A stretch of DNA of 64,000 nt, taken from Mobula hypostoma. Taxonomy: Eukaryota. Below are positions 27,755 to 41,520 of this stretch, in pieces (positions within the stretch are counted from its first letter, which is position 1; each line of letters begins with the position of its first letter). The position numbers were made by a program, and so were the translations under genes. Below the pieces are notes generated by a model, which saw nothing but the letters and a program-made list of their open reading frames with translations, was not told the origin of the DNA and ran no database searches. The stretch lies in NCBI RefSeq assembly GCF_963921235.1, contig NC_086097.1, positions 992,001 to 1,056,000 on the forward strand, in the 5' to 3' direction.

Positions 27755-28006
27755 CAACCTCACTTTCAACGGCACTTCATCTCACGCGCTTGATTTTTGT
27801 TGCTTTATTTATTGTTATAGTTTTCTTCTTGTATTTTAACAGTTTATCATCTTTTGCACATTGGTTGTTTGTGCATCCGGTTGTATGTGGGCTTTCATTG
27901 ATTCTATTATATTTATTTGTATTTACACTGAATGCCCACAAGAAAATGAACCTCAGGGTTTTATATGGTGACACATGTGTACTTTTGTTAAACTTTACTT
28001 TGAACT
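27755..28006 (+). mobile_element. LINE 3'UTR remnant (probably Rex1/L2-like) inside the 539-nt MLH3 intron
   Basis: T-rich UTR ending aagaaaatgaacctcagggtt…actttgaact. Confidence 0.55.
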
Positions 28007-28072
28007 GTGCCCTGCCTGGAGCCATGAAGCCACCCATTCTCATTACACTTACCTTACTGAGTGAGCACTCAC

Positions 28073-28096
28073 CTCAATCTGTTCTCTGAGAAACTC
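28073..28096 (-). CDS. MLH3: MLH3 24-nt microexon (equivalent to human exon 10): EFLREQIE
   Basis: ctctacacttccAG|GAGTTTCTCAGAGAACAGATTGAG|GTgagt, phase 0/0. Human equivalent recalled as EFIREQLE. Confidence 0.9.
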
Positions 28097-29304
28097 CTGG
28101 AAGTGTAGAGAGAGGAAATGGTTCAGAAAGCAGGGATAGAATGTATGAATATCAGCAGCACTCCATAACTGCCATGAAAACAACCCAGTTCAACACAAAC
28201 TCAATTGCAAAACATACACTTGGCTTTTATGTTGGATTTGACTTCAGTTGTGTCATCTTGCCTTTAGAATACTTCTTCCTTTTTGGGATGTACAGAAATT
28301 TCATCCATTGCTGCTCTGCCATCATCCCTGCCAGTGTTCATTTCCAATCAATTTTGGCCAAATGCTCTCTCATGCCTCTGTAACTCCCTTTACTCCACTG
28401 TAATACTGATATATCGGACTTTAGCTTCTCCTTCTCAAATTTCAGGGTAAATTCAATCATATTATGATCACTTTTTGCCAAGGATTCTTACCGTAAGCTC
28501 CCTAATCAATTCTGGTTCATTGGACAACATCCAATCCAGAACAGCTGATCCCCTCATGGACTCAACCACGAGCTGCTCTAAAAATCCATCTTGTAGATAT
28601 TTCAGAAATCCACCCTCTTGGAATCCAGCACCAATCTCATGTTCCAAAAATACCTGCCTATTGAAAACTCCTATGACGATTGTAACATTACCCTTTTGGC
28701 ATGCATTTTCTATCTCCCGTTGTAATTTGTAGACCACATCCTTACTACTGTTTGGGGGTCTGTACACAATGTGTATCCTTGGAGATTAAGTTCACAGCTG
28801 TAATCCTTAATTTATAACATATAATTTACCTACCTACAGACCTTTCAGTTTCCTAAGAACCTTCTCCCTAGTAATAGCAACTTCACTCACTTCTGCCCCC
28901 CAACACTCTCGAACTTCCGGCATAGTGTTAACTTCTTCCACAGTGAAGACTAATACAAAACACTTATTCAGTTCATCCGCCACTGCCTTGCCCCCATTAC
29001 TACCTTCCCAGCATTGTTTTCCAGTGGTCTGATATCTACTCTTGCCTCTTTTTCACACTATATATATATCTGGAGAAACCTTTGGTATTCTCTTTAATAT
29101 TGTTAGCTGGCTTACCTTTGCATTCCAGCTTTTCATAAGACCATAAGATAGAGGAGCAGAATTAGGTTGTTTGGCCATCCAGCCTGCTCTGCCGTATCAT
29201 TATGGCGGATCCAATTTTCCTTTCAACCTCAATCTCCTGCCTTCTCCATGTATCCCTTGATGCCCTACCCAAACAAGAATCTAACAAACTCTGCCTTAAA
29301 TATG

Positions 29305-32300
29305 CAGGAGGTGAGTAACTGGGTGACTGTCAGGAGAAATGGAAATAGGCAGTTAGAGCAGAGCACCCCTCTGGCCATTCCCTTCAAAAACAAGTATACC
29401 ACTTTGGATACTTTTGTGGGGGATGACCTCCCGGGAGAATGCTTTGGGTCCGGGTTTACAGGCATTGGGCATGGGTCCATGGTGCAGAAGGGAAAGAGAG
29501 AGAAGAAGGGAGTGGTGGTGATAGGAGACTCAATAGTGAAGGGAACAGACAGGAGATTCTGTGGACGTGAACGGAACACCCGGATGGAATGTTGCCTCCC
29601 AGGTGCCAGGGTCAGGGATGTCTCAGATCACATCCACAACATTTTGGTGAGGGAGGGAGAGCAGCCAGATGTCTTGGTACATATTGGTACTAATGACATA
29701 GGAAGGAAAAGCAAAGAGGTCCTGAAAAAGAGAATTTAGAAAGCCAGGTAGAAAGCTGAGAAGCAGGACCTCCCAGGTAGAAATTTCTGGATTGCTGCCT
29801 GTGCCATGTGTGGGAGGATAGAAACAGGATGATTTACTGGGGGGGGGGGGACCAATATTATTGAGGGCAGGTTTGTCAGAGCTGTTGAAGAGGATTAAAA
29901 TAATTTGGCAGGGTGGGAACCTGAGTGAAAGGACTCAGGATAGGATGGATGATAAAAAAAAAGTAAAGATAACATGCAGTCAGACTGTCAGGAAGGGCAG
30001 GCAGGTGATAGGGCTTAGTTGCAGCAACAGCTGAGTATCAACTCATTAGGGATGCAGAATCAGAAAGGATAGCAAATATGGTACTCAAGGTGTTGCATCT
30101 AAATTTGCGTAGTATAAGAAATAAGGTGAATGATCTTATTTCAATATTACAGATTGCTAGGTATGATGTGGCCATCACTGAATTGTGGCTGAAGGATGGT
30201 TGTAGTTGGGAGCTGAATGTCCAAGGTTACACGTTATATCGGAGGGACAGAAAGGTAGGCGGAGGGGCTGGTGTGGCTCTACTGGTAAAGAAAGGCATCA
30301 AATCAGTAGAAAGATGTGACATAGGATTGGAAGATGTTGAATCCTTGTGGGTTGAGTTAAGAAACTACAAGGGTAAAAGGACGTTGATGGCAGTTATATA
30401 CAGGCCTCCCAACAGTGGCTTAGAGGTGGATCACAGGTTACAAAAGGAAATAGAAAAGGCATGTCAAAAGGGCAATATTATGGTAGTCACGGGAGATTGG
30501 GAAAATTAGATTGGTAATGATCTCAAGACAGTGAGTTTGTTGAATACCAAAGAGATAACTTTTTAGAGCAGTTTGTCGTTGAGCCTACTAGGGGATCAGC
30601 TGTATTGGATTTGTGTGGGCACGTGGCCAAGTGGTTAAGGCATTGGACTAGCGACCTGAAGGTTGTGAGTTCGAGCCCCAGCCGATGGAACGTGTTGTGT
30701 CCTTGAGCAAGGCACTTAACCACACATTGCTCTGCGATGACACTGGTGCCAAGCTGTATGGGTCCTAATGCCCTTCCCTTGGACAACATTGGTGTCATGG
30801 AGAGGGGAGACTTGCAGCATGGGCAACTGCTGGTCTTCCATACAACTTTGCCCAGGCCTGCGCCCTGGAGTTGGTGTTATGTAATGAACCAGAGGCGATT
30901 AGGGAGCTCAAGGTGAAAAAAATCCCTTAGGAACCAGTAATCACAATGTGATTGTGTTCAACTTGAAATTTGAGAGGGAGAAAGTAAAGTATGATGTAGC
31001 AGTATTTCAGTAGAGTAAGGTAAATTTCAGTGCTATGAGAGAGGAGTTGGTGAAAGTAAATTGGAAGGAGCTGTTGACAGGGATGTCAGCAGAGCTGCAA
31101 TGGCATGCATTTCTGGGAAAAATGAGGAAGGTCCAAGACTTATGTACAGTATTCCAAAAATGAAGAAATACTCAAATGTTAAAATAGCACAACCATGGCT
31201 GACAAGGTAAGTCAAAGCCATTGTGAAAGCAAAACAAAGGGCATACAACAAAGCAAAAATTAGTGGGAAGATAGAGGATTGGGAAGTTTTAAAAAACCTA
31301 CAGAGAGCAACTAAAAAAAAATCATTAGAAGGGAAAAGATGAAATATTAAAGCAAGCTGGCAAATAATATCAAAGTTGATAGTAAAAGCTTTTTCAAGTA
31401 TGTTAAAAATAAAAGAGAAAAAGACAGTGGCTATAGGACCACTAGAAAATGAGGAAGGAGAAATAATAGCGGGGAAGAAGGAGATGGGCGATGAACTAAA
31501 TCAGAATTTTGCATCAGTCTTCACTGTGGAAGGCACTAGCAATATGCCTGATGTAATGCGTGAAAGAAGAGAAGTGGATGCAGTTACTGTTACAAGAGAG
31601 AAAGTGCTCAAAAAGCTGGAAGACCTAAAGGTACATAAGTCACCTGGACCAAAGGAACTGCACCTTAGGGTTCTGAAAGAGGTAGTGTTTGAGATTGTGC
31701 CAGATGTTGAAGAGTCTGAGGGAAGAGAAGTTAGTGCAGTTACTATTACAAGGAAGAAGGTGCTCAAAGAGCTGAAAGACCCAAGGGTGCATGAAAGAGG
31801 TAGCAGTAGAGATTGTGGAGGCATTAGTAATAATCTTTCAAAAACCACTGGACTCTGGCGTGGTGCCAGAGGACTGGAAAATTGCAAATATCACTCGACT
31901 CTTTAAGACAGGAAGAAGGCAGCAGAAAGGAAATTAAAGACCAGTTAGCCTGACCTCAGTGGTTGGGAAGGTGTTAGAGTCAATTGTTAAGGATGAGGTG
32001 ATGGAGTACTTGGTGACGCAAGACAAGATAGTACAAAGTCAGTGTGGTTTCCTTCAGGGAAAATCCTGCCTGACGAACCTGTTGGAGTTCTTTGAGGAGA
32101 TTACAAGTGGGATGCAGTGGATGTTGTATATTTGGACTCTCAGAAGGCCTTGACACATGAGGCTGCTTACCAAGATAAGAGCCCGTGGTATTACAAGAAA
32201 GTTACTAACTTGGTTAGAGCATTGGCTGATTGGTAGGAAGCAGCAAATGGGAATAAAAGGATCCTTTTCTGATTGGCTGCCAGTGACTAGTGGTGTTCTA

Positions 32301-33310
32301 CAGGGGTCGGTGTTGGGACCACTTCTTTTTATGTTGCATATAAATGATTTAGATGATGGAATAGATGGCTTTGTTGCCAAGTTTGCAGATGATACGAAGA
32401 TTACTGGAGGGGAAGTAGTGTTGAGGAAAAGGGTAGGATGCAGAAGGACTTAGATAGATTAGGGTAATGGGCAAGAAAGTGGCAAAAATGAAATACAATG
32501 TTGGAAAACGCATGGTCATGCACTTTGGTAGTAGAAATAAATGTGCGGACTATTTTCTAAACAGGGAGAAAATTCAGAAATCTGAGATGCAGAGGGACTT
32601 GGGAGTCCTTGTGCAGAACACCCTAAAGATTAACTTGCAAGTTGAGTCGGTAGTGAGGAAGGCAAATGCCATGTTAGCATTCATTTCAAGAGGTCTGGAA
32701 TACAAGAGCAAGGATGTGATGCTCAGGCTTTATAAGGCACTGGTGAGGCCTCACCTTGAGTATTGTGAACAGTTTTGGACCCCTCATCTTAGAAAAGATG
32801 TGCTGGCATTGGAGAGGATCCAGTGGAGGTTCACAAGGATGATTCCAGGAATGAAAGTGTGATCATATCAGGAATGTTTGATGGCTCAGGATCTGTACTC
32901 GCTGGAATTCAGAAGGATGAGGGAGGATCTCATTGAAACCTTTCCAATGTTGAAAGGCCTAGACAGGGTAGATGTGGAAAGGATGTTTCCCATGGTGAGA
33001 GAGTCTAGGACAAGAGGGCACAGCCTCAGGATAGAAGGGCACCTCTTCAAAACAAAGATGCAGAGAAACTTCTTTAGCCAAAGGATGGTGAATTTGTTGA
33101 ATTTGTCGCCACATGCAGCTGTGCAGGGCAGGTCGTTGTGTGTATTTAAGGCAGAGATTGATAGGTTCTTGATTGGACATGGCATCAAAGGGGATAAGGC
33201 CGAGAACTGGAGTAGAGGAGGAGATAGAAAGAAAGGATCAGCCATGATTGAATGGCCGAGCAGACTCGATAGGCCAGATGGCCTCATTCTGCTCCGATGT
33301 CTATGGTTTT
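29305..33310 (+). mobile_element. Decayed near-full-length CR1 (family B), ORF1+ORF2, with a SINE insertion and an internal tandem duplication near 31545-31795
   Basis: ORFs 29167-29739 (VIGDSIVKG, HIGTND), 30078-30509, 31376-33489. Confidence 0.88.
30613..30870 (+). mobile_element. tRNA-derived SINE with Pol III A/B boxes and a CORE-like segment
   Basis: A box tggccaagtgg, B box gttcgagcc, CORE-like gtgtccttgagcaaggcacttaacc; interrupts CR1 sequence. Confidence 0.8.
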
Positions 33311-35371
33311 ATCCTGAGGCCGTATCCTCTTGTCCAAGACTCTCCCACCATGGGAAATATCCTTTCCACATCTACTCTGTCTGGACCTTTCAATATTTGA
33401 AAGGTTTCAATGAGATCCCCCTCATCCTTCTAAATTCCAGCGAGTACAGACCCAGAGCCATCAATCTACTTTTAGCCACATTTGAGTGATGCTCACAATA
33501 TTATATGATGCAAAACAAGGCTGAGAAGTGGCAGATGGAGTTCAACCCCGATAAGTGTGAAGTGGTTCATTTTGGTAGGTCAAATATGATGGCAGAATAT
33601 AATATTAATGGTAAGACTCTTGGCAGTGTGGAGTGTCCGAGTCCATAGGACACTCAAAGCAGCTGCACAGGTTGACTCTGTGGTTAAGAAAGCATATGGT
33701 GTATTGGCCTTCATCAATCGTGGAACTGAATTTAGGAGACGAGAGGTAATGTTGCAGCTATATCAGACCCTGGTCAGACCCCACTTGAAGTACTGTGCTC
33801 ATTTCTGGTCGCCTCACTACAGGAAGGATGTGGAAGCCATAGAAAGGGTGCAGAGGAGATTTACAAGAACGTTGCCTGGATGAGAAACGTCTGTCAGCTC
33901 TTGGGCTGTATTCCCTGGAGTTCAGGAGAACGAGGGGGGGTCGCATAGAAACATTCTAAATGTTAAAAGGCCTAAACAGATTAGATATGGCAAAGTTATT
34001 TCCTATGGTAGGGGAGTCTAGGACAAGAGGGCATGACTTCAGGTCTGAAGGACGTTCATGTAGAACAGAGAAGCGGAGAAATTACTTTAATCAGAAGGTA
34101 ATAAGTCTGTAAAATTTGTTGTCACGAATGGCTGTGGAGGCCAAGTCATTGGGTGCATTTAAAGCAAAGGTAGATAGTTTCTTGATTAGCCAGGGCATCA
34201 AAGACTATGGGGAGAAGGCAGGGGAGTTGGGATGACTGGAAGAATTGGATCAGCCATGATTGAATGGTGGAGCAAACTCGATGGGCCGAACGGCTGACTT
34301 CTGCTCCTACATCTTATGGTCTTAATGCATATACTGTTACACCCTCAGTCCTGTATTCATCTCCCTTTTCAATTTTGACCCCTTCTACACTGCAACTCAT
34401 TGTATTGACTGCAATTTTGCCCTATCAACAGCCTGCTTTTTGCTTATGGTGTTACTTTCCACTACCTCAATTTGTAAACCAACTGCCCCAACCATAGCAC
34501 TGTCACTCCAGTTGCATCCCCCCTACCAAATGAGTTTAAAGCCTCCTGAACAACTCTTGTAACCTGCCCACAAAGATACTGGTCCCCCTCAGTTTCAGGT
34601 GTAATCTGTTCCTTTTGTACAGGTTGCATCTTCCCCAAAGGAGATCTCAATGATCCAGAAATCTGAACCACTACCCCCTGCACCAGTTCCTCAACCACGC
34701 ATTTACCTGCCAAGTGCTTCTATTCTTACCCTCACTGGCACATAGCACAAGCAGCAATCTAGAGATTACTACCATGCTGGTCCTGCTTTTTAGCTTTCTA
34801 CCCAACTCCCTATATTCTCTCTTCAGGACCTCTTTGTCTTTCCCAGCCCATGTCAATGATGCTAATATATGCCCTCCCCCTTTAGAATGCCATGGACCCA
34901 ATACTCCCTTAGCCTGGCACCTAGGAGGCAAAATGCCACCCAAGTGTCTCTATTCCTCTAACTATGGAATCTCTTCTCACTACTGCAGCCCTCTTCACCT
35001 CTCTTCTATTCTAAGCCACAGAACCAGAGACCCGGTCGCTGCAGCTCCACTACCCGCACCCCCCCCACCCCCACAGTAGGTTGTCCTCCTCAACAGTGTC
35101 CAAAACGGTATACTTATTAGTGAGAGGAACAGCCACGGGGCGTTCTGCATTGGCTGCTAATTTCCCTTCCTTTTCCTAACAGTCACCTTCTGCCTCCTGC
35201 AACCCTGGGGTGACTACCTTCCTATAGCTCCTATCTATCATTTCTTCAGACTCCCATATGAGCTGAATGTCATCAAGCTGCAGCTCTAGTTCCTTAACAA
35301 GCCTGCTCCATCATTCCATCATGGTTGACTTACTGTCCCTCCCAACACCATTCTCCTGTCTTCTCCCCATA

Positions 35372-38065
35372 ACATAGAAACATAGGAAAAACATACAGCA
35401 CAATACAGGCCCTTTGGCCCACAAAGCTGTGCCGAACATGCCCCTACCTTAGAACTACCTCGGCTTTACCCATAGTCCTCTATTTTCCTAAGCTCCATGT
35501 AGCTATCCAGGAGTCTCTTAAAAGACCCTATCGTTTCTACCTCCACCACCATCACCAGCAGCCCATTCCACGCACTCTCCACTCTCTGTGTAAAAAACTT
35601 ACCTGACATCTCCTCTGTACTGACTTCCAAGCACCTTAAAACTGTGCCCTCTCATGGTAGCCATTTCAGCCCTGGGAAAAAGCCTCTGACTATCCACATG
35701 ATCAATGCCTCTCACCTTCTTGTACACCTCCATCAAGTCACCTCTCATCCTCCGTCGCTTCACGAGAAAAGGTCAAGTTCACTCAACCTATTCTCATAAG
35801 GCATACTTCTCAATCCAGGCGACATCCTTGAAAATCTCCTCTGCACTCTTTCTATGGTTTTTACGTCCTTCCTATAGTGAGGCGACCAGAATTGAGCACA
35901 GTACTCCAAGTGGGGTCTGACCAGGGTCCTAAATAGCTGCAACATTACCTCTCAGCTCCTAAATTCAATCCCACGATTGATGAAGGCCAATGTACTGTAT
36001 GTCTTCTTAACCACAGAGTCAACCTGAGTAGCAGCTTTGAGTGTCCTATGGACTTGGACCCCAAGATCCCTCTGATCCTCCACACTGCCAAGAGTCTTAT
36101 CATTAATACTATATTCTGTCATCATATTTTACCTACTAAAATGAACCACCTCACACTTATCTGGGTTGAGCTCCATCTGCCACTTCTCGGCCCAGTCTTG
36201 CATCCTATCAATGTCCCATTGTAACCTCCGACAGCCCTCCATACTATCCACAACACCCCCAACCTTTGTGTCATCAGCAAATTTACAAACACATCCCTCC
36301 ACTTCCTCATCCAGGTCATTTATAAAAATCACGAAGAGTAGGCGTCCCAGAACAGATCTCTGAGGCACACCACTGGTCACCAGCCTCCATGCGGAACATG
36401 ACCTGTCTACAACTACTCTTTGCCTTCTGTGGGCAAGCCAGTTCTGGACCACAAAGCAATTTCCCCTTGGATCCCATGCCTCCTTACTTTCTCAATAAGC
36501 CGTGCATGGGGTAACGTATCAAATGCCTTGCTGAAATCTATATACACTACATCTACTGCTCTACCTTCATCAATGTGTCTAGTCACATTCTCAAAAAATT
36601 CAATCAGGCTCATAAGGCCCGACCTGCCTTTGACAAAGCCATGCTGACTATTCCTAATCATATTATACCTCTCCAAATGTTCATAAATCCTGCCTCTCAG
36701 GATCGTATCCAGCAACTTACCAACCACTGAAGTAAGACTCACTGGCCTATAATTTCCTGGGATATCCCTACTCCCTTTCTTGAATAAGGGAACAACATCT
36801 GCAACCTTCCAATCCTCCGGAACCTCTCCCGTCCCCATTATTGATGCAAAGATTATTGCCAGAGGCTCAGCAATCTCCTCCCTCACTTCCCACAGTAGCT
36901 TGGGGTACATCCTGTCCAGTCCTGGTGACTTATCCAACTTGATGCTTTCCAAAAGCTCCAGCACATCCTCTTCCTTAATATCTACATTCTCAAGTTTTTC
37001 AGTCCACTGTAAGTCATCCATACAATTGCCAAGATCCTTTTCCTTAGTGGATACTGAAGTATTCATTAAGTACCTCCACTATTTCCGCCGGTTCCATACA
37101 CACTTTACCATTGTCACACTTGATTGGTCCTATTCTCTCATGTCTTATCTTCTTGCTCTTCACGTACTTCTGGAATGCCTTGGGGTTTTCGTTAATCCTG
37201 TCTGCCAAGGCCTTCTCATGGCCCCTTCTGGCTCTCCTAATTTCATTCTTAAACTCCTTCCTGCTAGCCTTATAACCTTCTAGATTTATATCATTACCTA
37301 GTTTTTTAAACCTATTGTGAGCTCTTCTTTTCTTCTTGACTAGATTTACAACAGCCTTTGTGCACCACAGATCTTGTACCCTACCATCTTTTCCATGTCT
37401 CATTGGAACATACCTACTCAGAACCCCACGTAAATAACCCCTGAACATTTGCCACGTTTCTTCCGTACGTTTGCCTGAGAACATCCATTTCCAATTTATG
37501 CTTCCAAGTTCCTGCCTGATAGCCTCATAGTCCCCCTTACTCCAATTAAATGTTTCCCTAACTTGGCTGTTCCTAACCTTCTCCAATGCTATGGTAAAGG
37601 AATTAGAAATGTGATCACTATATCCAAAATGTTCTCCCGCTGAGAGACCTGACACCTGACCAGGTTCATTTCCCAATACCAGATCAAGTACAGCCTCTCC
37701 TCTTGTAGGCTTATCTACATATTGTGTCAAGAAACCTTCCTGAACACACCTAACAAACTCCACCCCATCTAAACCCCTCACTCTAGGGAGGTGCCAATCA
37801 GTATTTGGGAAATTAATATCTCCCACCATAACAACCCTATTATTATTACTCCTTTCTAGAATCTGTCTCCCTCTCTGCTCCTCGATGTCCCTTTACTATT
37901 GGGTGGTCAATATATTAAAAAAAAACACCCAGTAGAGTTATTGACCCCTTCCTATTCCCAACTTCCACCCACAGAGACTCTGGAGGACAACCCCTCCATG
38001 ACTTCCTGCTTTTCTGCAGCCGTGACACTATCTCTGATCAACAGTGCCACGCCTTCACCTCTTTT
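35372..38065 (-). mobile_element. CR1 LINE (family F) EN-RT, decayed; continues briefly at ~40866-40915
   Basis: ORFs 37044-37829, 36413-37066, 36129-36452, 35760-35945. Confidence 0.9.
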
Positions 38066-40865
38066 AAGAACATAGAACATAGAACAGTACAGGTCCTTCG
38101 GCCCACAATGTTGTGCCGACCCTCAAACCCTGCCTCCCATATAAGCCCCCACCTTAAATTCTTCCGTATACCTGTCTAGCAGTCTCTTAAACTTCACTAG
38201 TGTATCTGCCTCCACCACTGACTCAGGCAGTGCATTCCACGCACCAACCACTCTCTGAGTAAAAAACCTTCCTCTAATATCCCCCTTGAACTTCCCACCC
38301 CTTACCTTAAAGCCAAGTCCTCTTGTATTGCGCAGTGGTGCCCTAGGGAAGAGGCGCTGGCTATCCACTCTATCTATTCCTCTTATTATCTTGTACACCT
38401 CTATCATGGCTCCTCTCATCCTCTTTCTCTCCAAAGAGTAAAGCCCCAGCTCCCTTAATCTCTGATCATGATGTATACTCTATAAACCAGGCAGCATCCT
38501 GGTAAATCTCCTCTGTATCCTTTCCAATGCTTCCACATCCTTCCTATAGTGAGGCGACCAGAATTGGACACAGTACTCTAAGTGTGGCCTAACCAGAGTA
38601 TTGTAGAGCTGCATCATTACATTGCGACTCTTAAACTCTATCCCTCGACTTATGAAAACTAACACCCCATAAGCTTTCTTAACTACCCTATCCATCTGTG
38701 AGGCAACTTTCAGGGATCTGTGGACATGTACCCCCAGATCCCTCTGCTCCTCCACACTACCAAGTATCCTGCCATTTACTTTGCACTCTGCCTTGGAGAT
38801 TGTTCTTCCAAAGTGTACCACCTCACACTTCTCCGGGTTGAACTCCATCTGCCACTTCTCAGCCCACTTCTGCATCCTATCTATGTCTCTCTGCAATCTT
38901 CGACAATCCTCTACACCATCCACAACACCACCAACCTTTGTGTTGTCTGCAAACTTGCCAACCCACCCTTCTACCCCCACATCCAGGTCATTAATAAAAA
39001 TCATGAAAAGTAGAGGTCCCAGAACAGATCCTGTGGGACACCATTCGTCACAACCCTCCAATCTGAATGTACTCCCTCCACCACGACCCTCTGCCTTCTG
39101 CAGGCAAGCCAATTCTGAATCCACCTGGCCAAATTTCCCTGGATTCCATGCCTTTTGACTTTCTGAATAAGCCTACCGTGTAGAACCTTGTCAAATGCCT
39201 TACTAAAATCCATGTAGATCATATCCACTGCACTACCCTCATCTATATGCCTGGTCACCTCCTCAAAGAACTCTATCAGGCTTGTTAGACACGATCTGCC
39301 CTTCACAAAGCCATGCTGACTGTCCCTGATCAGACCATGATTCTCTAAATGCCCAGAGATCCTATCTCTAAGAATCTTTTCCAACAGCTTTCCTACCACA
39401 GACGTAAGGCTCACTGGTCTATAATTACCCGGACTATCCCTACTACCTTTTTTGAACAAGGGGACAACATTCACCTCCTCCAATCCTCCAGTACCATTCC
39501 TGTGGACAACGAGGACATAAAGATCTTAGCCAGAGGCTCAGCAATCTCTTCTTTTGTCTCGTGGAGCAGCCTGGGGAATATTCCGTCAGGCCCCAGGGAC
39601 TTATCCGTCCTAATGTATTTTAACAACACCTCCTCTCCCTTAATATCAACATGCTCCAGAACATCAACCTCACTCATATTGTCCTCACTATCATCAAGTT
39701 CCCTCTCATTGGTGAATACCGAAGAGAAGTATTCATTGAGGATCGTGCTCACTTCCACAGCCTCCAGGCACATCTTCCCACCTTTATCTCTAATCGGTCC
39801 TACCTTCACTCCTGTCATCCTTTTTTTCTTCACATAATTGAAGAATGCCTTGGGGTTTTCCTTTACCCTACTCGCCAAGGCCTTCTCATGCCCCCTTCTT
39901 GCTCTTCTCAGCCCCTTCTTAAGCTCCTTTTTTGCTTTTCTATATTCCTCAATAGACCCATCTGATCCTTGCTTCCTAAACCTCATGTATGATGCTTTCT
40001 TCCACCGGACTAGATTTTCCACCTCACTTGTCACCCATGGTTCCTTCACCCTACCATTCTTTATCTTCCTCACCAGGACAAATTGATCCCTAACATCCTG
40101 CAAGAGATCGCTAAACATCGACCACATGTCCATAGTACATTTCCCTGCAAAAACATCATCCCAATTCACACCCTCAAGTTCTAGCCTTATAACCTCATAA
40201 TTTGCCTTTCCCCAATTCAAAATTTTCCTGTCCTCTCTGATTCTATCCTTTTCCATGATAATACCAAAGGCCAGGGAGCAGTGGTCACTGTCCCCCAGAT
40301 GCTCACCCACTGAGAGATCTGTGACCTGACCCGGTTCATTACCTAGTACTAGATCTAGCATGGCATTCCCCCTGGTTGGCCTGTCCACATACTGTGACAG
40401 GAATTCATCCTGGGCACACTTAACAAACTCTGCCCCATCTAAACCCTTGGAACTAATCAGCTGCCAATCAATATTAGGGAAGTTAAAGTCACCCATGATA
40501 ACAACCCTGTTATTTTTACACCTTTCCAAAAACTGCCTCCCAATCTGCTCCTCTGTATCTCTGCTGCTACCAGGGGGCTTATAGAATACCCCCAATAGAG
40601 TAACTGCTCCCTTCCTGTTCCTGACTTCCACTCATACTGACTCAAAAGAGGATCCTGCTACATTACCCACCCTTTCTGTAGCTGTAATAGTATCCCTGAC
40701 CAGTAATGTCACCCCTCCTCCCTTTTTCCGCCCTCTCTATCCCTTTAAAAAAAACTGAAATCCAGGAATATTGAGAATCCATTCCTGCCCCGGTGCCAGC
40801 CAAGTCTCTGTAATGGCCACTACATCATAATTCCATGTATGTATTCAAGCTCTCAGTCCATCACC
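38066..40865 (-). mobile_element. CR1 LINE (family A), 2.8-kb EN-RT copy
   Basis: ORFs 39471-40631, 39001-39483, 38480-39124, 38123-38434; (agaacat)n tail. Confidence 0.95.
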
Positions 40866-41063
40866 TTTTGCCTCCCTTCCCATCCTTTCTGAAACATCTA
40901 AAGCCTTGGATAACCTTGGATGCCCTGACTAATCATGAACTTGTCCATCTCTACCTCTCATATACTCAATGACTTTTTCTCCACAGCTGTCCGTGGCAAT
41001 GATTCCACACATTTACCACCCTCTGGCTGAAGAATTGTTTCCCCTATTAACTTTAATTCTTGC

Positions 41064-41223
41064 CTGGAGAATGGCTTGAGTGACAGGTTGTCGTCCTCTT
41101 CGAACCTCAGTTGCTTCTCTCTCTATGAAACAAGCTGGCACCTTCCTGATCAGAACCTGCGAACCTCCCGTATCTCTGAACTCCACCTGTACACCAGCAG
41201 CCTCTAACTGCTTCCTATACACT
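41064..41223 (-). CDS. MLH3: MLH3 coding exon (equivalent to human exon 9), 160 nt: VYRKQLEAAGVQVEFRDTGGSQVLIRKVPACFIEREATEVRRGRQPVTQAILQ
   Basis: Acceptor tctctttgttcccaacAG, donor CAG|GCaaga (non-canonical). KVPxCFxERExxExRRGR matches vertebrate MLH3. Lies within ORF 41013..41222. Confidence 0.93.
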
Positions 41224-41520
41224 CTGTTGGGAACAAAGAGAAACTTGTGATCAGTGCTGCCCAGTGCCCCAGAAGCACCCCAGTCTCAGCCTTCATTGCC
41301 CCAGTAATCTCAAATCCTTACACAATGAATATTGAAAGGCCTATATTTGCTATAGTGGGGGAGTCTAGCACCATGGGGCACAGCCTCAGAATAGAGGACT
41401 GTCCATTTAGAACAGAGGTGAGGAGGATTTTCTTTTTCTGGGGGTGGTGAATCAGTGGAGTTCATTGCCACAGACAGCTGTGGAGGCCAACCCATTGAGT
41501 ATATTTAAAACAATGGTTGG

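Noticed and set aside
30617..30690. tRNA gene
   Set aside because: A/B boxes continue directly into a SINE body and the unit interrupts a CR1; it is a SINE head.
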